Source of the DNA: Geosiphon pyriformis uo1
Taxonomy: Eukaryota > Fungi > Glomeromycota
NCBI GenBank assembly: GCA_016748015.1
Contig: JAAOMT010000480.1
Location: forward strand, 248,001 to 312,000
DNA: 64,000 nucleotides
Direction of reading: 5' to 3'
Part shown: piece by piece, positions 50,912-64,000 of the stretch
Layout: each line of letters begins with the position of its first letter
Position numbering within the stretch: position 1 is the first letter of the stretch
Program-made: the position numbers and the translations under genes
Notes under the pieces: generated by a model
What the model saw: the letters and a program-made list of their open reading frames with translations, nothing else
What the model was told of the DNA's origin: nothing
Databases searched by the model: none

Positions 50912-51330
50912 TCATCTAGTTGAACCAAAATCTTGTATTCTTCTTTCACTTTTTTCCAATTGTTCTCTGTTGTTAACTGATTGTAAATCTGAAATGTTGA
51001 TTAAGGGTAGGTAAATTGCTTGGGCAATCTTTTCAGCATGTTTAATCCTAAATAGTTTGTCTGTTTTATTTTGCAACATGATAGTAATGTCTCCAGTATA
51101 TCCTGCATCTATGACTCCTTCTCTAACATTGATTTCTTTGCTTGCCAATAATGATCTGGATGCAATTTGAATCATTGCTCCAAGTGGAATTTCAAGAGCA
51201 ATTTTGAGATTGATTTTTGTCAAGGACTTTGGTTGGAGAACCAAAGTATCTTTTTCTGAATATCTTAGATTATATTCAACATCAATCTCATGTGCTTTTT
51301 CTAGTCTGATTTTTTGGCCATAATTGTCGA
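50912..51330 (-). pseudogene. dUTPase domain between protease and RT
   Basis: KAHEIDVEYNL (I), IASRSLLA (II), GVIDAGYTGDI (III), KIAQAI (IV), SERRIQDFGST (V, from RGxxGFGSTG). Confidence 0.92.
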
Positions 51331-54300
51331 AATATTTAAGTTGTAGAGATGGTTGATTTTTAAAAAGATAGATGGAAGTGGTTGGTAGTTCTTCTATCAG
51401 TTCAGATACTCCAAATTCGATTTCATTTTTATTATTTTCATCTGGCAGGAGAATGCTAAGAGCATAGCATTCTAAACACCATTGGTCATCACAAGGCATA
51501 ACACATTCTTCACATAATTGAATGTTCATTTGTTCTAATTGTTGAATTTGAGCTTCTTTGGTTGGATATATATAACTTGCAATTTGGTGGTAGGTTTCTG
51601 CTTCATCTTCATAATCAAATTCAGCTAATTCCATAGTATACTCAATATATTCAGTTTTTTTTATTTGGTGGACATTTTCTTAGGTGGCTCTATTGATTAA
51701 TGCCATTGCTAAGTCAAAAATCATTTCAGCATTATGAGGGTAGTGGTAGAGTTTATTGAAAGTACTATTGTATGCTGCATTAAATAGTGTTCCTCTTCTG
51801 ACTTTTTCCGAAATTGATAGAGCATATTGACAGGTTTAATTATATACTCCTCCTTTCATTACAACATCAATTTAGTTGCATTCTTCTGGTAGCATATCTC
51901 TACATATGAGACAAAGTGTTTTGTCCTATTTTCCACTTCTTTTTGGGGATCCAAATCGTTCTCTATGCCATGCTTTGCAGAAGTAATAGGTGCGAGTTTC
52001 ATATTCCTCTTTTGGGGAAATACAGGCTTTCATAGATGAAAGCTTTTTTTTGCAATCTTTGCATTTTAGTGAAATGTATGATGGTTTTTTTCGTGGTTCT
52101 GGTGTGGAATACTGAACCTTCTTCCATCTTTTGGTTTCTTCAAAAATTTTTTGTTCTGTTTTTTCAGCCCAATTGGATATTGATTCAAGAGCCATGTAGG
52201 TTTTAGTAAGTGGCATTTTTTTCTTCTCCTCAAATTCAAATACTGGGGCTTTTTCTGATCATTTGTTAAAAGTATTATAAGTAACAGGTACTATGATATA
52301 TTGTCCTTGGTATGAAATTTTTAGTTCTTAAGTTTCTCAGTCTAAGTTTGTATTGGCCTTAAGAAGCCAATCATTTCTAACAAGAACTTGGTATTGAGGT
52401 GTATTCATAACTAGAACTTTGACTAGAATAGTGATTCCATCAATGGTGAATGAGAAGTTGTTAATTTCTCTTACTGGTGTCTTTTTTATACCATCTGCTG
52501 TAACAATTACTGTTTGGGCTGGTCTGTCGACATTTCAATTAAGTTGTTGCATTAATTGGTAGGTAATAATACTTCCAGCAAATTCACTGTCTAGAATTAA
52601 TCGAATGGGCTTTTCTTTTATTGTAGTTTCAGTATACATGACAATAATAGCTTTTTGTTCATTGACTGCTGTATTGCTAAGCAAGAATGGTAATTTATTT
52701 GCTTCAAATTCGAATGAGAATATATCTGAAAGGTTGGCATTTTGAGCAATTTAGGCTGGTAGAATAGTATTATTGGAAGAGTTTGATCTTGGTGCTGCAA
52801 CTTCACTTTCTGAAAGTGCAGTTTGTTGAAAATCCGATTCTTTAGGCATTGTAAGATAACTGGATTGAGTGTGATAGTAATTGGGTCTTTGCTAACCAGA
52901 ATTTTGGGGAACCAACTGGTTATTTGGGTTGATTCTGTTGTTGTTATTCTGAAATTAATTTTGAGATGTAAATTGATTATGTTGAACCAATCCTTGAACT
53001 GGTATTTGGTATTGTTGTGTAGGTGGCTGTTAATATTGTTGAATTGGTAAAGGTTATTGATATTGCTGCTGTCAGGCAGACTGATAGTAGTTGTTCTACT
53101 GTTGGGGTCTTGAAGAATAGTAGGCTGATAATAAAGACTGGTAATGAGATTGCTGTATTGAAGAGTATATTTACTTCTGTTTTGTTGGTCTCTTTGTAAT
53201 TTTTTGCAATCTCATTTCCAATGTCTTAAGATTTCACAATAATGACAATTTTGAAGTTAGTTGTTGGATGGTAATCCAAAATTGTTTTGGTTGTATCATT
53301 GTGGTGGTTGATATCTTTGTGGTTGTTGCTGCTGTTGTTGTTGGTTAGTGAAATAGTTTTCAACCTTTTTGTAAGTTGGTCTATTTTCTTTTCAGCTGCT
53401 GAGCTGGTTTTTTCCATTACTAGGTTGACAAGTTTGGTGTGATTTGCTTCTTCTATTGTCATTTCATAATTTTTTGCATGTCTAATGGCAGTGGTTAAGT
53501 CTTCTAGAGCATCTGAACAAACTTTTTTAATGAGTTTGTCTTTTAATCTTGCTATAAACTGATCCAAAATTTAGGCATTGGAATAGTAGTTATTGGTTTC
53601 CAATTGTCAAATTTGTTGAAGAAGTTTGTTGAATTTTCCAAAATAGGTTATGACAGTTTCAGATGTTTCTTGTTTAATATTTTAAAAGTAATTGCGAAAA
53701 GTGATAGAAGTGTTGTTGTCAGTAAATTGTTGTAAAAAAGCATCTTTGAATGCTTGCCAGTTTTCAAATGATTCTTCTAAGTTTTTAAACCATTCTCCTG
53801 CAGTTTTTTGGAGAAAGTATGGAATTGCTTTGAGCATTTTTGCTGCATTCCAACCATTTGCATCTTCTGCTTTTTGAACTTTGTTAAGCCATTCTTGAGG
53901 GCTGGTATTATTGTCTTCATTAGTGAATTCTAGAATCTTTGCAATATAAGCAGTTGCCATTTTTTTTTGTTTTCTGTGGTTCTTTTTTGTTCTAATTTAG
54001 TTTCTTCACTTTCCAAGTTTTATGAATGATTACTTTCATTTTCCTGTAAGTAATTAATAATATTAGTGCTTGTTGATATGGGTTCCTGCTGTTGAGTAAA
54101 ATTTCTAGGTGAGTGATAATCTTCTGGTCTGGAGAAACAATTAAGTGGTGAATTTGGTGTTTGTGGTTAAGCAAGTAAAATTAAAAATAGTATAATAGAA
54201 AGTGGTAATTTGACACTAGTTTCTTGTTCAGATGTTTGTGAGTGTTTGGTAGTTGTTTTTGGTGTCTTTGGAGTATTTGGGGTGATATTTAAGTGTTGTT

Positions 54301-54721
54301 TCAGTTTTTATTTGCCTTTGTTGCTTGTTTTTGTCTCTGATTCAAAGTCAATAGAGTATTTAGACTGTACTAGATATGTTTTTTCACAATACTTAATAAT
54401 GTTAAAATTAAGTTCTTAAAAGTAAGTGGCAAATGTTTTACTGTTAAGATCTTCAGTTCCCAACTGTAAATAATGTACTAAATTATTGTAAAGGTTGCTT
54501 CTAACTTCTGAAATGTTGTAATCTCCAAGAAAATAATTGTTGATACAGTTTTCAATGTACTGGTAAAGTGTTTTCTTAACAATTTCGATTCCATCTGGAA
54601 TGTTGAATCTCTGCTTGCAATGGATGTAAATTGATTAATAATACTCTAGAGTTGTTGTGTCTGGTGTGGTCACCACTTTAAAGTTGTTATTGCTGTGTTA
54701 TTTTTGTGAGAAAGCACCAAA

Positions 54722-55681
54722 TGTTACCAGAGGTTTTTGGTCTTTTTTCTTGAATGTTGTTAATGTTGATTTGCTGTGAATTCACATTTTTAGAAAGTAG
54801 TTGGACCTCCAGTAACTGAATTTATCTTCAAATTATTTCTTATAATTTGAACTGCTGGACTTATAAGTGGAATGACCAATTCTGTGCCAGTTACTTTGTG
54901 TAGTTATGTTGTAGTAAACATCAACTCTTTTACAGAAATTGCTCATCTGGAAGCTTACTAAAATGTGTAATTACTTTGTTATAAAAGTCAACTCTTTTAC
55001 AGGAATCTCATCTGTAGGCTATCTTAATGATTATACTAATAGAAGAAAAGAAAAATAAAAGAAATAGAATTCTGTCAAGGAAATCGTTTTCTATCCAGGC
55101 CTGAAGTCACTAACAGTTTACTGAAATTGATAGCTAATCAATTTCAAAACATTAGTTTGTGTTGAGAAAATTTCAAGTGTAATAATCAAAAGATTTGGTT
55201 TTTGAATATTTAATTTTTATTTAAATGTGTAAAAGATGATTTGTTCTAATTAAGATATTTAAGATAAGATACTATGCTAAAATACTATGTGAAGATACAT
55301 TTTTTTGAAAAGAGAAGCTTTTCTTTTATACAACTTGCTGTAGTACTAGTCTTTGAACTTGCACTTTTTTCTTTGCTATAATTTGGGTAAATTAAAGATA
55401 CATTTCAGTAAACTACAAGTTATTTCACTGAACTATTAATTATTTCGGCCAATTTTTATTAATTTCGGCAAATTTTGACTATGTTAAATGGTTTAGGATA
55501 TTGTGTAATTTGATCATCTTAATTTCTAGAGTACAAATTAAATTATTGATTGAGTAATAATATTTGATAATTTGATTAAATAATAAGTGATAATTAAAAT
55601 AAATAATAATGTATGCTAATTAATAATAGGAATTATGAGGGTAATTTCATGCTAATTAATAGCTAAATTCTACTGATAACA
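54722..55681 (-). repeat. 5' LTR of the family B element
   Basis: TGTTA...TAACA termini; followed by the PBS on the minus strand. Confidence 0.95.
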
Positions 55682-58600
55682 CTGGAATCAATTTTCCAAT
55701 GCATTCGATTCACTGATCTAAAAATGTTCCAAACAAAATAATGAACATTACCAAAAACTGGCAAACAATTAGCCACAATAAAGTACTTACACACATTAGT
55801 TGGCAACAGCAAAAAAGAACGAGCAGCTCCCCTTGCCAAAGCATTTGTGCAAACATTACTCGGAACCCTTGAGTGGCCTTTGACTTTTGACCAGACTACA
55901 AAAATGTCTTTATTAGCAATCAAATTTGCAATATGCCTCCTCTCTATCCAACAACAACTGCAAAAATCAAGACCAGATAAATCCAATTTCAAGGCATATA
56001 CATTCAAAGCAGCCTAACTGTCCAAACACACCACCACTGAATAAGAAGAAAGCATGCATTTCAAAGCCAAAAAAACAGCCTGTAATTCAGTTATCATAGA
56101 AGACAAACACCCAACAACCCAAACTCCAATATCCATATCAATCTCAGAAAAAAATACAGCAGCACTCCCAGCCATATTAACAGAACCAAGTCATTTCAAA
56201 TAACCATCTGTATATACAGTAAAAGTATTTGACCAGATTTCAAGCAAGCCATTTTTAATATCAGAAAACTGATCAGATAACAACATATTACCAACATCCA
56301 ACACAAAATTTTTGTCAGGAAACACAGATGTGAGCACATTATTATGTAAAAATTTTGACATTAAAACAAACCAAGAGGGCACAGGGCTTTTAGAATCCAA
56401 TTTCTTTCAATATTAGAATGTTTTCCAATCCAGAACCTTATCATGTTTACTCAAAAGTTGGTCACAAAAAGCCACACCAAAGCTCTTTAAAGAACTAACA
56501 CGATTATAATACAATGATGGCCCCAAGACTCTTAAAACAGGAAACCTGCCTGAACAATAAAAAGCACAAAGCAAATTGTTGGTCATAGAGATACTATTAT
56601 CCAAAAAAACACACACAATCCCAGCCAAAAAATTGTTTGAAAGATTAATACACAACTGCACAAGATATTGCAGAGAGTTTAGAGAAGTTCAGTCCAAAAC
56701 CTGCAAATCCAGAAATCTGTGCTCAAAAAGTTGACTGAGAATTCCAGAAGCATTAGCAAAACTAACAACTGATGCTAACTTCTTTTCAGCCTAAATTTGT
56801 TCAAATGTTTTCAAACCATACAACACTAGATAATATAGTACTTTGCTTGAAAAATCATGTGACAGCTCTGTTTTTGACTTAAAACTTTTTTTAACTAAAG
56901 CATTTCAACACTAGCAAACAGCACAAGAGATAAAACTAAACTGGGTGTGGTAGCCAACAATGGGCTGCAGAACTACCAAGACTAAATACAAGAACTGCTT
57001 ATCCAAAATTGCTTTTCTTAATATCATATTAGAAAAAAATTTAACATCAGACTAAACCTTAGCCAAATTGGGTTTAAACAGACCATCTGTAGATAAAAAG
57101 ATATCCAAGTACTTATACAGTACACTATGCCTGGCAATCAAAATAGAGAACCCACTAATTCTCAAAGTAGCATCTTTTACCCTTTTATTAATAAGAATAG
57201 CAATCGTTTTGTCATTATTGACTGAAATATTGTTTATTAAAAAAAACTCACTAACAATATCCAATATAAACTGAGTAGCAGATTGGCTATTCCCAATCCA
57301 GATAGTGTTATCCACAAAGGCCCTGGCTGTAAAAAAGAAGGTCACTCCACCTACATTATTAATTCTGCTCATCTTGGCCACAAACTTGGTATCAATCCTG
57401 TAATCATACACACTTTCTTGTCTCTTGACTTCACACAAAAGAGAGTCATAAAAAATATGCCAAAGAAGAGAAAAGAACACTTTACTTTGATCAAGACCAT
57501 CAAAAACTTGATACTTATCTATAAGGCCAAAATCTGTTATGACTCTGTTTAATCTATTCTTGTAAATTCTACCAAAAAACTTTATGAATCTCTCACACAT
57601 TTTGATATACTGCAAATTAACTCTCAAATAATGTCATCCAACTAAATTATATGCCTTATGCATATCCTACAAAACCAATTAAACCTTTCTGTTCTTTTCC
57701 AAGACATCTTTGACTACCAAACCAACTGTAAAAATAGGAGACTGCATTAAAGTACTCTTTAAAACTAAGAAATTATTTCCACAAAGAATGCTGAACTTAC
57801 TGTAAACAAAAGAAATACAATCCGAAAAGATTTTAGAAAGAATCTTATAAGCAGTCTCAATTAGTACAATAGGACAAGTATTTGTTAAGACATCATCCCA
57901 TTTATAAGGCTTTGGTATTATAGAGACATATGCTCTCTTTTACAAAAGAAAAACAGCCCCCAACTTCAAACACAAATTCAAAAAGTCCAAAAAACTTCTG
58001 AAAACATTATCACTACAATGTTTTCACAATTCATTAGGAATACCACTAAGACCAACAGCCTTTTCATCTGGTAGGTATTTGACAACTTAACTCAGCTCAC
58101 TAAAACTAATAGCATCTATGACACTAGAAAAGGCATTGTTATTTACATAATGCAAAGGGGCATACTGGCAAGCCCAAAAATCAGGCAAAGATCCAAAGAC
58201 TAAACATTTTCTGGTTCATTCCTCTATTATAGTATCTATCTTAGATTTAATCTTATCAGGGTTCAATACCAACTCATTATTAACAATTAAATAGTCAAGG
58301 ACCACTTTATGAAATGGCTTATCTAAAACATATTTAATTATATGGCCTTTGTTTGAGCAAAAATTTTCCATTCTTTTATTAATAGCACATCTAATAGCAG
58401 CAGATTGAGCAGTTCTAGACTCATGCATCTTGGAACAATGGTAACTTTTCTTAATCCTGAACAAGCAACTAAGAATGTCTATTCTGCTGACACCATTATC
58501 TAACATGTTCTGAACTTCAAGAGCTCTAATTTTATCAGCAATAAACCAAGCATTAAGCAGCAAGGCAGTCCTAACAAAGTCACCAGATTGAAGAGACTTG

Positions 58601-61530
58601 ACTACTTTGGCAACCAGCAGTTCTAGTTTGAAAAACTTAAAAGAATGTTTGGTGAAAAAACAATTGACATCATGAAATCACTATTAAGAGAAAACTTCAT
58701 CAGCCAAATCTACTATCACTCTCTCCAGCAAATCTTACATATACTTGATATTTTCATTAGCATTTATGAGTGAAAACTCACTAAATGCAGAAAAAAACTT
58801 GTTAGAAACACACACTCTAAAATAAACCCATTTGGAGGTATTTGCACTAGCAATTTTAAACTTCCAACAATTTTTGTTGGCTTGTTTGCACAAACCATTC
58901 AAATGAAAATCCAAAAGTTCTTCCAAACCAACCAACACCATAACAGTCTTGTGATCAGTATTAAAGAAATCAGAAGTAGAAGCAACTCTATGACCAATAA
59001 CTACCAATAACAAACACTCACTAACAAAGATATAATCAATAACCTTTTTAACTCCTTTCGAATTGCTTTATGTGGAAGTTTTGGCCAAATAAAAACCTCC
59101 AAGTGCATTAACTAAACCCAAATCCAAACAGAATTAAAAGCTTGTACTCTTCTTAGAACCATTCTTATTAAAATATTCACCTAAAACCATGAAAGTACTG
59201 GTATTAACTACCCTTGCAATAAAAAAATTAATCTTAATCGCTTGACTAAATCTGGTTTCAGCAGAGATATTAGCATACAAATCTAAAATCATGACCAAAA
59301 GCTTGCCTTTAAAAAGAAGCTGAACAGAAATGACATGACCAGGCATCTCTTCCATTTTGAAGACATGTTGAGCCAAAAAATTGTTCATGATAACTGCCAC
59401 CCCAGTCCCAAGGAATTTACTATCCAGACCAGATGTAAAAATGTGCACACCCTCAAATTTGTTTATAATCTATGGCCTAATATTAGGCCTTAATTTTGTT
59501 TCAGTAATAATAGACACCATATTACCCGATTTTTTGTGCCAACAAACAATATTTTCTTGCTTGGCAAGAATGTTAAGACCCTGAACATTACATGTACCAA
59601 ACTTTTATATTAGCTCAGTTATTGAGAAAAGAGAGCAACAGAAATCAAACCAGTATTGTCTATCTTGACAGAAAGGCCCATAATTGTAATTGACAAATTG
59701 TTCAAAGTGTTCTCTATCTTCTTAATAACAAAGAAATCAAACACTACTGCTTCTGCTATAGTTTTGCCACAAGTGGCTGTGCCTGAACTTTCACTTATCA
59801 CTATATCTGCCCCTTAATTCTGTAATGAAGGGGTCATCAATGGCTAACATCCAGGGCTAAGCTAGAAAACCATTAGCCCAAGTGTGTCCAACTTTTTAGC
59901 CAGTTTATTAACATGCTCTGCAAGGCTGGCAAAACTGCACTTAAGAGTAGCAAATCTATCATTCAACTCTAAAGACACCAGTGGGGTAGGCTTCAACTCC
60001 AAAGAGTAGCCAGCACTTAATAAATCATTTTAAACAGAAAAAGAAGGAAAGAAAGATCCACTAGCAATTTGTGCCCAAAAAACATCCCAAAAAAAACAGG
60101 ATAAGTAACTGGAGCCAAACATTTGGCATAAATGGCAGTCAGTCTACTTTTATCTGAATTTGAAAGAATTTTCTGTGAGAAAGCACCAAAAGAAACATTT
60201 TTTTTCTTACCAACAGAACAAGCTAAGAAAGTATGATTCAATTTCTTATATTTAACACACTTAATTGAAACAAGATGAAACCAGCATAGATTGGTCTCTT
60301 TTAAAACAGGCATGGTCTTTATAACAGCATCCAAAGACTCAACAGAATCAAAACAAACAGCAGCACACCTGGTCTGGGCATAAAAAACTGGATGCTGGTC
60401 TATGATACAAATTTTCCTATCCACTAAAGTAATGTAGTCTCAAATATTATGTGCATTAGTCTCCATTGGCAGAATGTATAAAAGAGCTTTGTGAACATCT
60501 CTTGTGTTCCATAATTCTTTGTCCACATCAGATTTAGCAATCTATACTGCATCTTTCCTGATTAGGATAGACCATTTTATTGTGACCAAATTAGCATAAT
60601 CAACCTGGTCAAATTCAACTACCACTTTCTGCCACAGCTTCACCAATTGCATTTTGATTAACTTGATTGATCCAAATTTGGATAGTGCAGCATGCACAGC
60701 TTCAGCTGATGTTCCAACTGGAATTTTTTTTAACACCACAGTCTGATCTGAACACCCAGTAAATTTTTTAAAATTGGTATTAACCAAAATTTTCACACTG
60801 GTAGTCTTTTTGGTGGCTTTCATCAAATCCAATTTGAAAGTAAATATCACTCAGATGATTCCAAAAAGTTTTAAGAGAGTAGAGGTCCTCCCAAAACCGT
60901 TGATACCTGAAAATAATTTTTTAACCACTGAAAGTTTTTTTTGAGAAGACTTTCCAGACACCTTGTTCAAGCCAATATCCAAAGCAAACAATTTTCTAAC
61001 TGAAACATTAACCAGAATCTTTAAGAGAGAGGAAAGCATCAAAGAAGTGTCCAACAAAATATTATCACCATTGTCATCCAAGAAGTTGATTTTTCCCAAA
61101 GGTTTTCCCAATGCCCTTTTTGTCAGAATTTTTAAATCTTTAGGCATTTGTTCTGAGTTCTTTTTAGCAAGAGCTTCACTTTCTCCATAATTAAAACTGG
61201 TTTTTTTAACCAGAAATTTCTTTTCCATGTCTACATTATTTGACTCAGTAGTATTACCAGTTTCAGAACCTCAAAAATGACCATTTGATACCTTAGCAAC
61301 AATTTTTCTATTACCAATACTATCCTCCAAAGCACCACCTCTTTTCTTCTTTCTGGATTCAACAGTTTTGGCACTAGTATTAGAACCAGACTTCATAATA
61401 GACTTATTCAGAATGGCAATACTAAGGCCAACAGTAACCTCATAATCAAGCAAAAACAGTTTGGATTTATCATACTGAATGATAAAAAACTTCTTTCAAA
61501 AAACTTTTTTGACTCTTTTTTAGAGAATTT
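55682..61530 (-). mobile_element. 5' part of the older LINE (ORF1; ORF2 APE-RT-RNase H), heavily mutated
   Basis: ORF1 fragments 59619-61453; APE fragments 58735-59448; RT 57052-57627 (GLDQSK, AFVDNTIW); RNase H 55663-56400 (YTDG, WSKVKGHS). Colinear with the 12376-19267 LINE. 5' end approximate. Confidence 0.92.
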
Positions 61531-61841
61531 GGAATGAAAAAGAGAAAAAAGTTTTTTTACAATTTATGTTTATTATTTTATGACTTTTTAATAACTTTTA
61601 TTATTTTCATTTTTAAATTAAATATTTAAAAATCATATTTTTTTAATAATTAATTTAAAAATTTTAATATAACTTTGATAAAATAATTTAATTGATTTTT
61701 TATGTTTAAGGAAAAGTTAATTATTATTTATTAAATAAAACTATAAGTTGGTTTTTGCTTAAAAACAAATATTAATAATTTTATAATTTTTTTATTTTAT
61801 AAACATTATTTTATAATTTTTATCTTTTTTTTATATATATA

Positions 61842-62328
61842 TATTATGATTAAAATATATAGCTTTTATTAATTATTACATATATTAACTATTGATATTA
61901 TATAATTATTTATTCTAATTTTAAATAATAAATATTAACCTAATTAATAATTTAACTATTAATCTAATTATTGATTTGATTATTAATCAAGTTGTTGATT
62001 TAATCATTGATTATTTTTAATAGATATATATTAGTAATAAATTTTTTAACTGTAGAAAAACATAATTAAATATAAAAAATCAAAGAAATAAAATAACAAC
62101 TATTAATTTGATTTTTCTCTTATTATTATTTTTTTCTCTATTTTTAAGTATTTGACTATTTTGGAATAAAAAATTACTTGTTAACAATTATCTACTCTTT
62201 TCTGATTTGTATAATTATAATATTTAAAGATTATTAAATAAAACATAACTAAAAAAATACATTTAATATCTGATATTAAATTTTAAGAACATTATTATGA
62301 ATTAATTTGATGAATTATGACAATAATA
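61842..62328 (+). repeat. Eroded 5' LTR of a family A element, followed by a PBS-like sequence
   Basis: Aligns by eye with 4260-4774; followed by TT-TGGTGTTCTA (62329-62340). Confidence 0.75.
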
Positions 62329-62540
62329 TTTGGTGTTCTATATTTAAATAAAAGAGCTTAAAAAGTTTTTTTTGGTTTAATATAAAAAACAAATCGAAAT
62401 TATCAGTTTTTAAAAGTTTTTATATATGTAAATTTACTTATAAAATTTTTTAGTTATAAAGCACAAAAATGTGGTTTAACTGTTTGTAATTAAATATATA
62501 TAAACTATTTTTTTTGAATTAATTAAATGCAATTGCTAGA

Positions 62541-63320
62541 GTCTGGTGTTGTTTTTTTATTTTTCTGGTAAACTAACAAGATAAAATTAATATCTAAATT
62601 TAAGGAAAACTTCTCTTTTTTACCAGGCTATTATGATGTCTATTTTTAAACAATTGATTTTTTTAATATTACCACTTTATCAGAAAAAAAATAAAAAATT
62701 AAGAAAAAAAAAGAAATAAAAAAAAGAAAAAAGAAAAAAAATTAGTATTATTAATTATTATGATTAAAAACAATTGGTTTAAATTATTAAAGTTTTGAAG
62801 CTATTTATACTAAAAACATTGTTATGAGTAAACTTGATAAAGTAGAAAAATAGTAATGTTTAGTATTCTCAATTATCAGTAATGTGTGTTTTACATAATT
62901 CTGTTGACTTAGTCTTGACTATTAGTCTCTGAAAGTCTTATTTACTAGTTGTGAATTTATCCATTAAATTTTTTGGTTATAAGGCACAGAGATTTGGTTT
63001 TTGTTGATTACAACTTCTTTAAAATGTGAACTATCTTCTCCAAGCTAATGAACATAGTCATTAGGGTCTGGCATTGTCTTTTTACTCTTTTGGTAAGCTA
63101 ACAAGATAATGTTAATATTCAAAACTTAGGGGAAGTTTCTCTCTTTTACCAGGCTATCATGAAGTCTATTCTCAGACAGTTAATTTTACTATGTTGCCAC
63201 TCCACCAAGAATAAAAAAAGAAAGAGAGAAAAGAAAGAATTAATATTATCAATTATTATAATCAAGAGCAGCTAGTCCAAATTATTAATAGTTTGAGGTG
63301 GTTATGCTAAAAGCATCTGT
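62541..63320. repeat. Two direct copies of a ~270-bp unit (62541-62819 and 63066-63320)
   Basis: Shared blocks: gtctgg...ggtaaRctaacaagataa...ttctcttttaccaggctatYatga...attattaa...ctaaaa. Confidence 0.8.
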
Positions 63321-63629
63321 TTTGAAACAAAGATACAAAACAATAATTAATTCACATAAATTCTACAAAGTTTGAGAACATAAATTTGTGGTTCTGATTT
63401 CTCAATAATTAATTTATTTCAAAAAATGAATATGAAATAAAATAAATAATAGAAGAGGTAAGAATATTTGATTCTTGTCTAGTGGTTTATATTCCTCTTA
63501 TTCTTTTTTTAACTTCTACAACTATTCATTTTTATATATTCTTTTGGTTTTATAGAATTGTTTTTGATTGTTTTATTATTGCTAACTATTGTTTTGCTAT
63601 TTCTGTTATTGTTTTGTTTTTCTACATTG

Positions 63630-63770
63630 TTCTTAGTTATTCTATGTTATAATGTACTATCTGGTGTTATTACATGTTATTTTGTGTTATCCCATATTGT
63701 GTCATGTTATCCTGTATTATCCTAAGTTATAATACATTTATCTAATATTATTGTGTGCTATTTTGTGTTT
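63630..63770. repeat. Degenerate ~10-bp tandem repeat with core TGTTAT
   Basis: ...tgttattaca tgttattttg tgttatccca tattgtgtca tgttatcctg tattatccta agttat... Confidence 0.65.
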
Positions 63771-64000
63771 TGGTCACATTTCTTCATAACTTTGGATTGG
63801 TTTTTCTGGTTAGGTAATATTATCTCTCTTTTTTTAGAATTAAGCTCCTGTAAAATTATATGTATCTGTTATTATGGCTTTGTTCATGTAGTGTTTGATA
63901 GTTGCATTAAGTATTGTTCTTTATAGGTCTTCAAATTGTCAATTGGTTATTTATTCTATGTTTTTAACTGTTATAGTTTTTATAAATTTATACAACAGTA

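Larger units (their letters stand above)
45826..55681 (-). mobile_element. Complete but inactivated Ty3/Gypsy element (family B), 9.86 kb: LTR-PBS-gag-PR-Cys-rich region-dUTPase-RT-RH-IN-ORF3-PPT-LTR
   Basis: Paired LTRs 54722-55681 and 45826-46796; PBS TGGTGCTTTCTCAC (54705-54719); PPT GAGGAGAAGA (46800-46809); gag 53682-53960 plus CHYC..H...C knuckle at ~53205-53250; PR LILDSEFAGS at ~52580; RT 49928-50266; IN 47750-49011; 4-bp TSD CCAG/CTGG. Confidence 0.96.

Overview
Fungal genomic DNA with GT-AG introns. The transposon content and gene set suggest an early-diverging Glomeromycotina/Mucoromycota host, possibly Geosiphon-like; this is inference from recall, not a search. The window has three parts: a transposon block (1-~19.7 kb), a compact CpG-containing gene island (~19.8-40.5 kb) and a second transposon block (~40.5-64 kb). 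The island holds RPL5 (with an intronic snR60/U80-type C/D snoRNA), an 8-Cys secreted/GPI-type protein, an unknown 327-aa helical protein, SARAF/TMEM66, an ECHDC1-like crotonase, Y14/RBM8A, an HTD2-like dehydratase, a Na+/K+-like P-type ATPase and a nucleolin/NSR1 homologue. The transposon blocks contain nested Ty3/Gypsy elements, a solo LTR, two RNase H-bearing LINEs, a ~50-bp 5'-truncated LINE and near-pure-AT relics. The most notable observations are: (i) a third ORF downstream of integrase that reads through the PPT into the LTR in two different Gypsy families; (ii) Gypsy pol genes with a Cys-rich module plus dUTPase between protease and RT; (iii) repeat-restricted C:G>T:A hypermutation, including non-CpG contexts (RIP-like); and (iv) 4-bp target-site duplications that reconstruct to CpG-centred sites.
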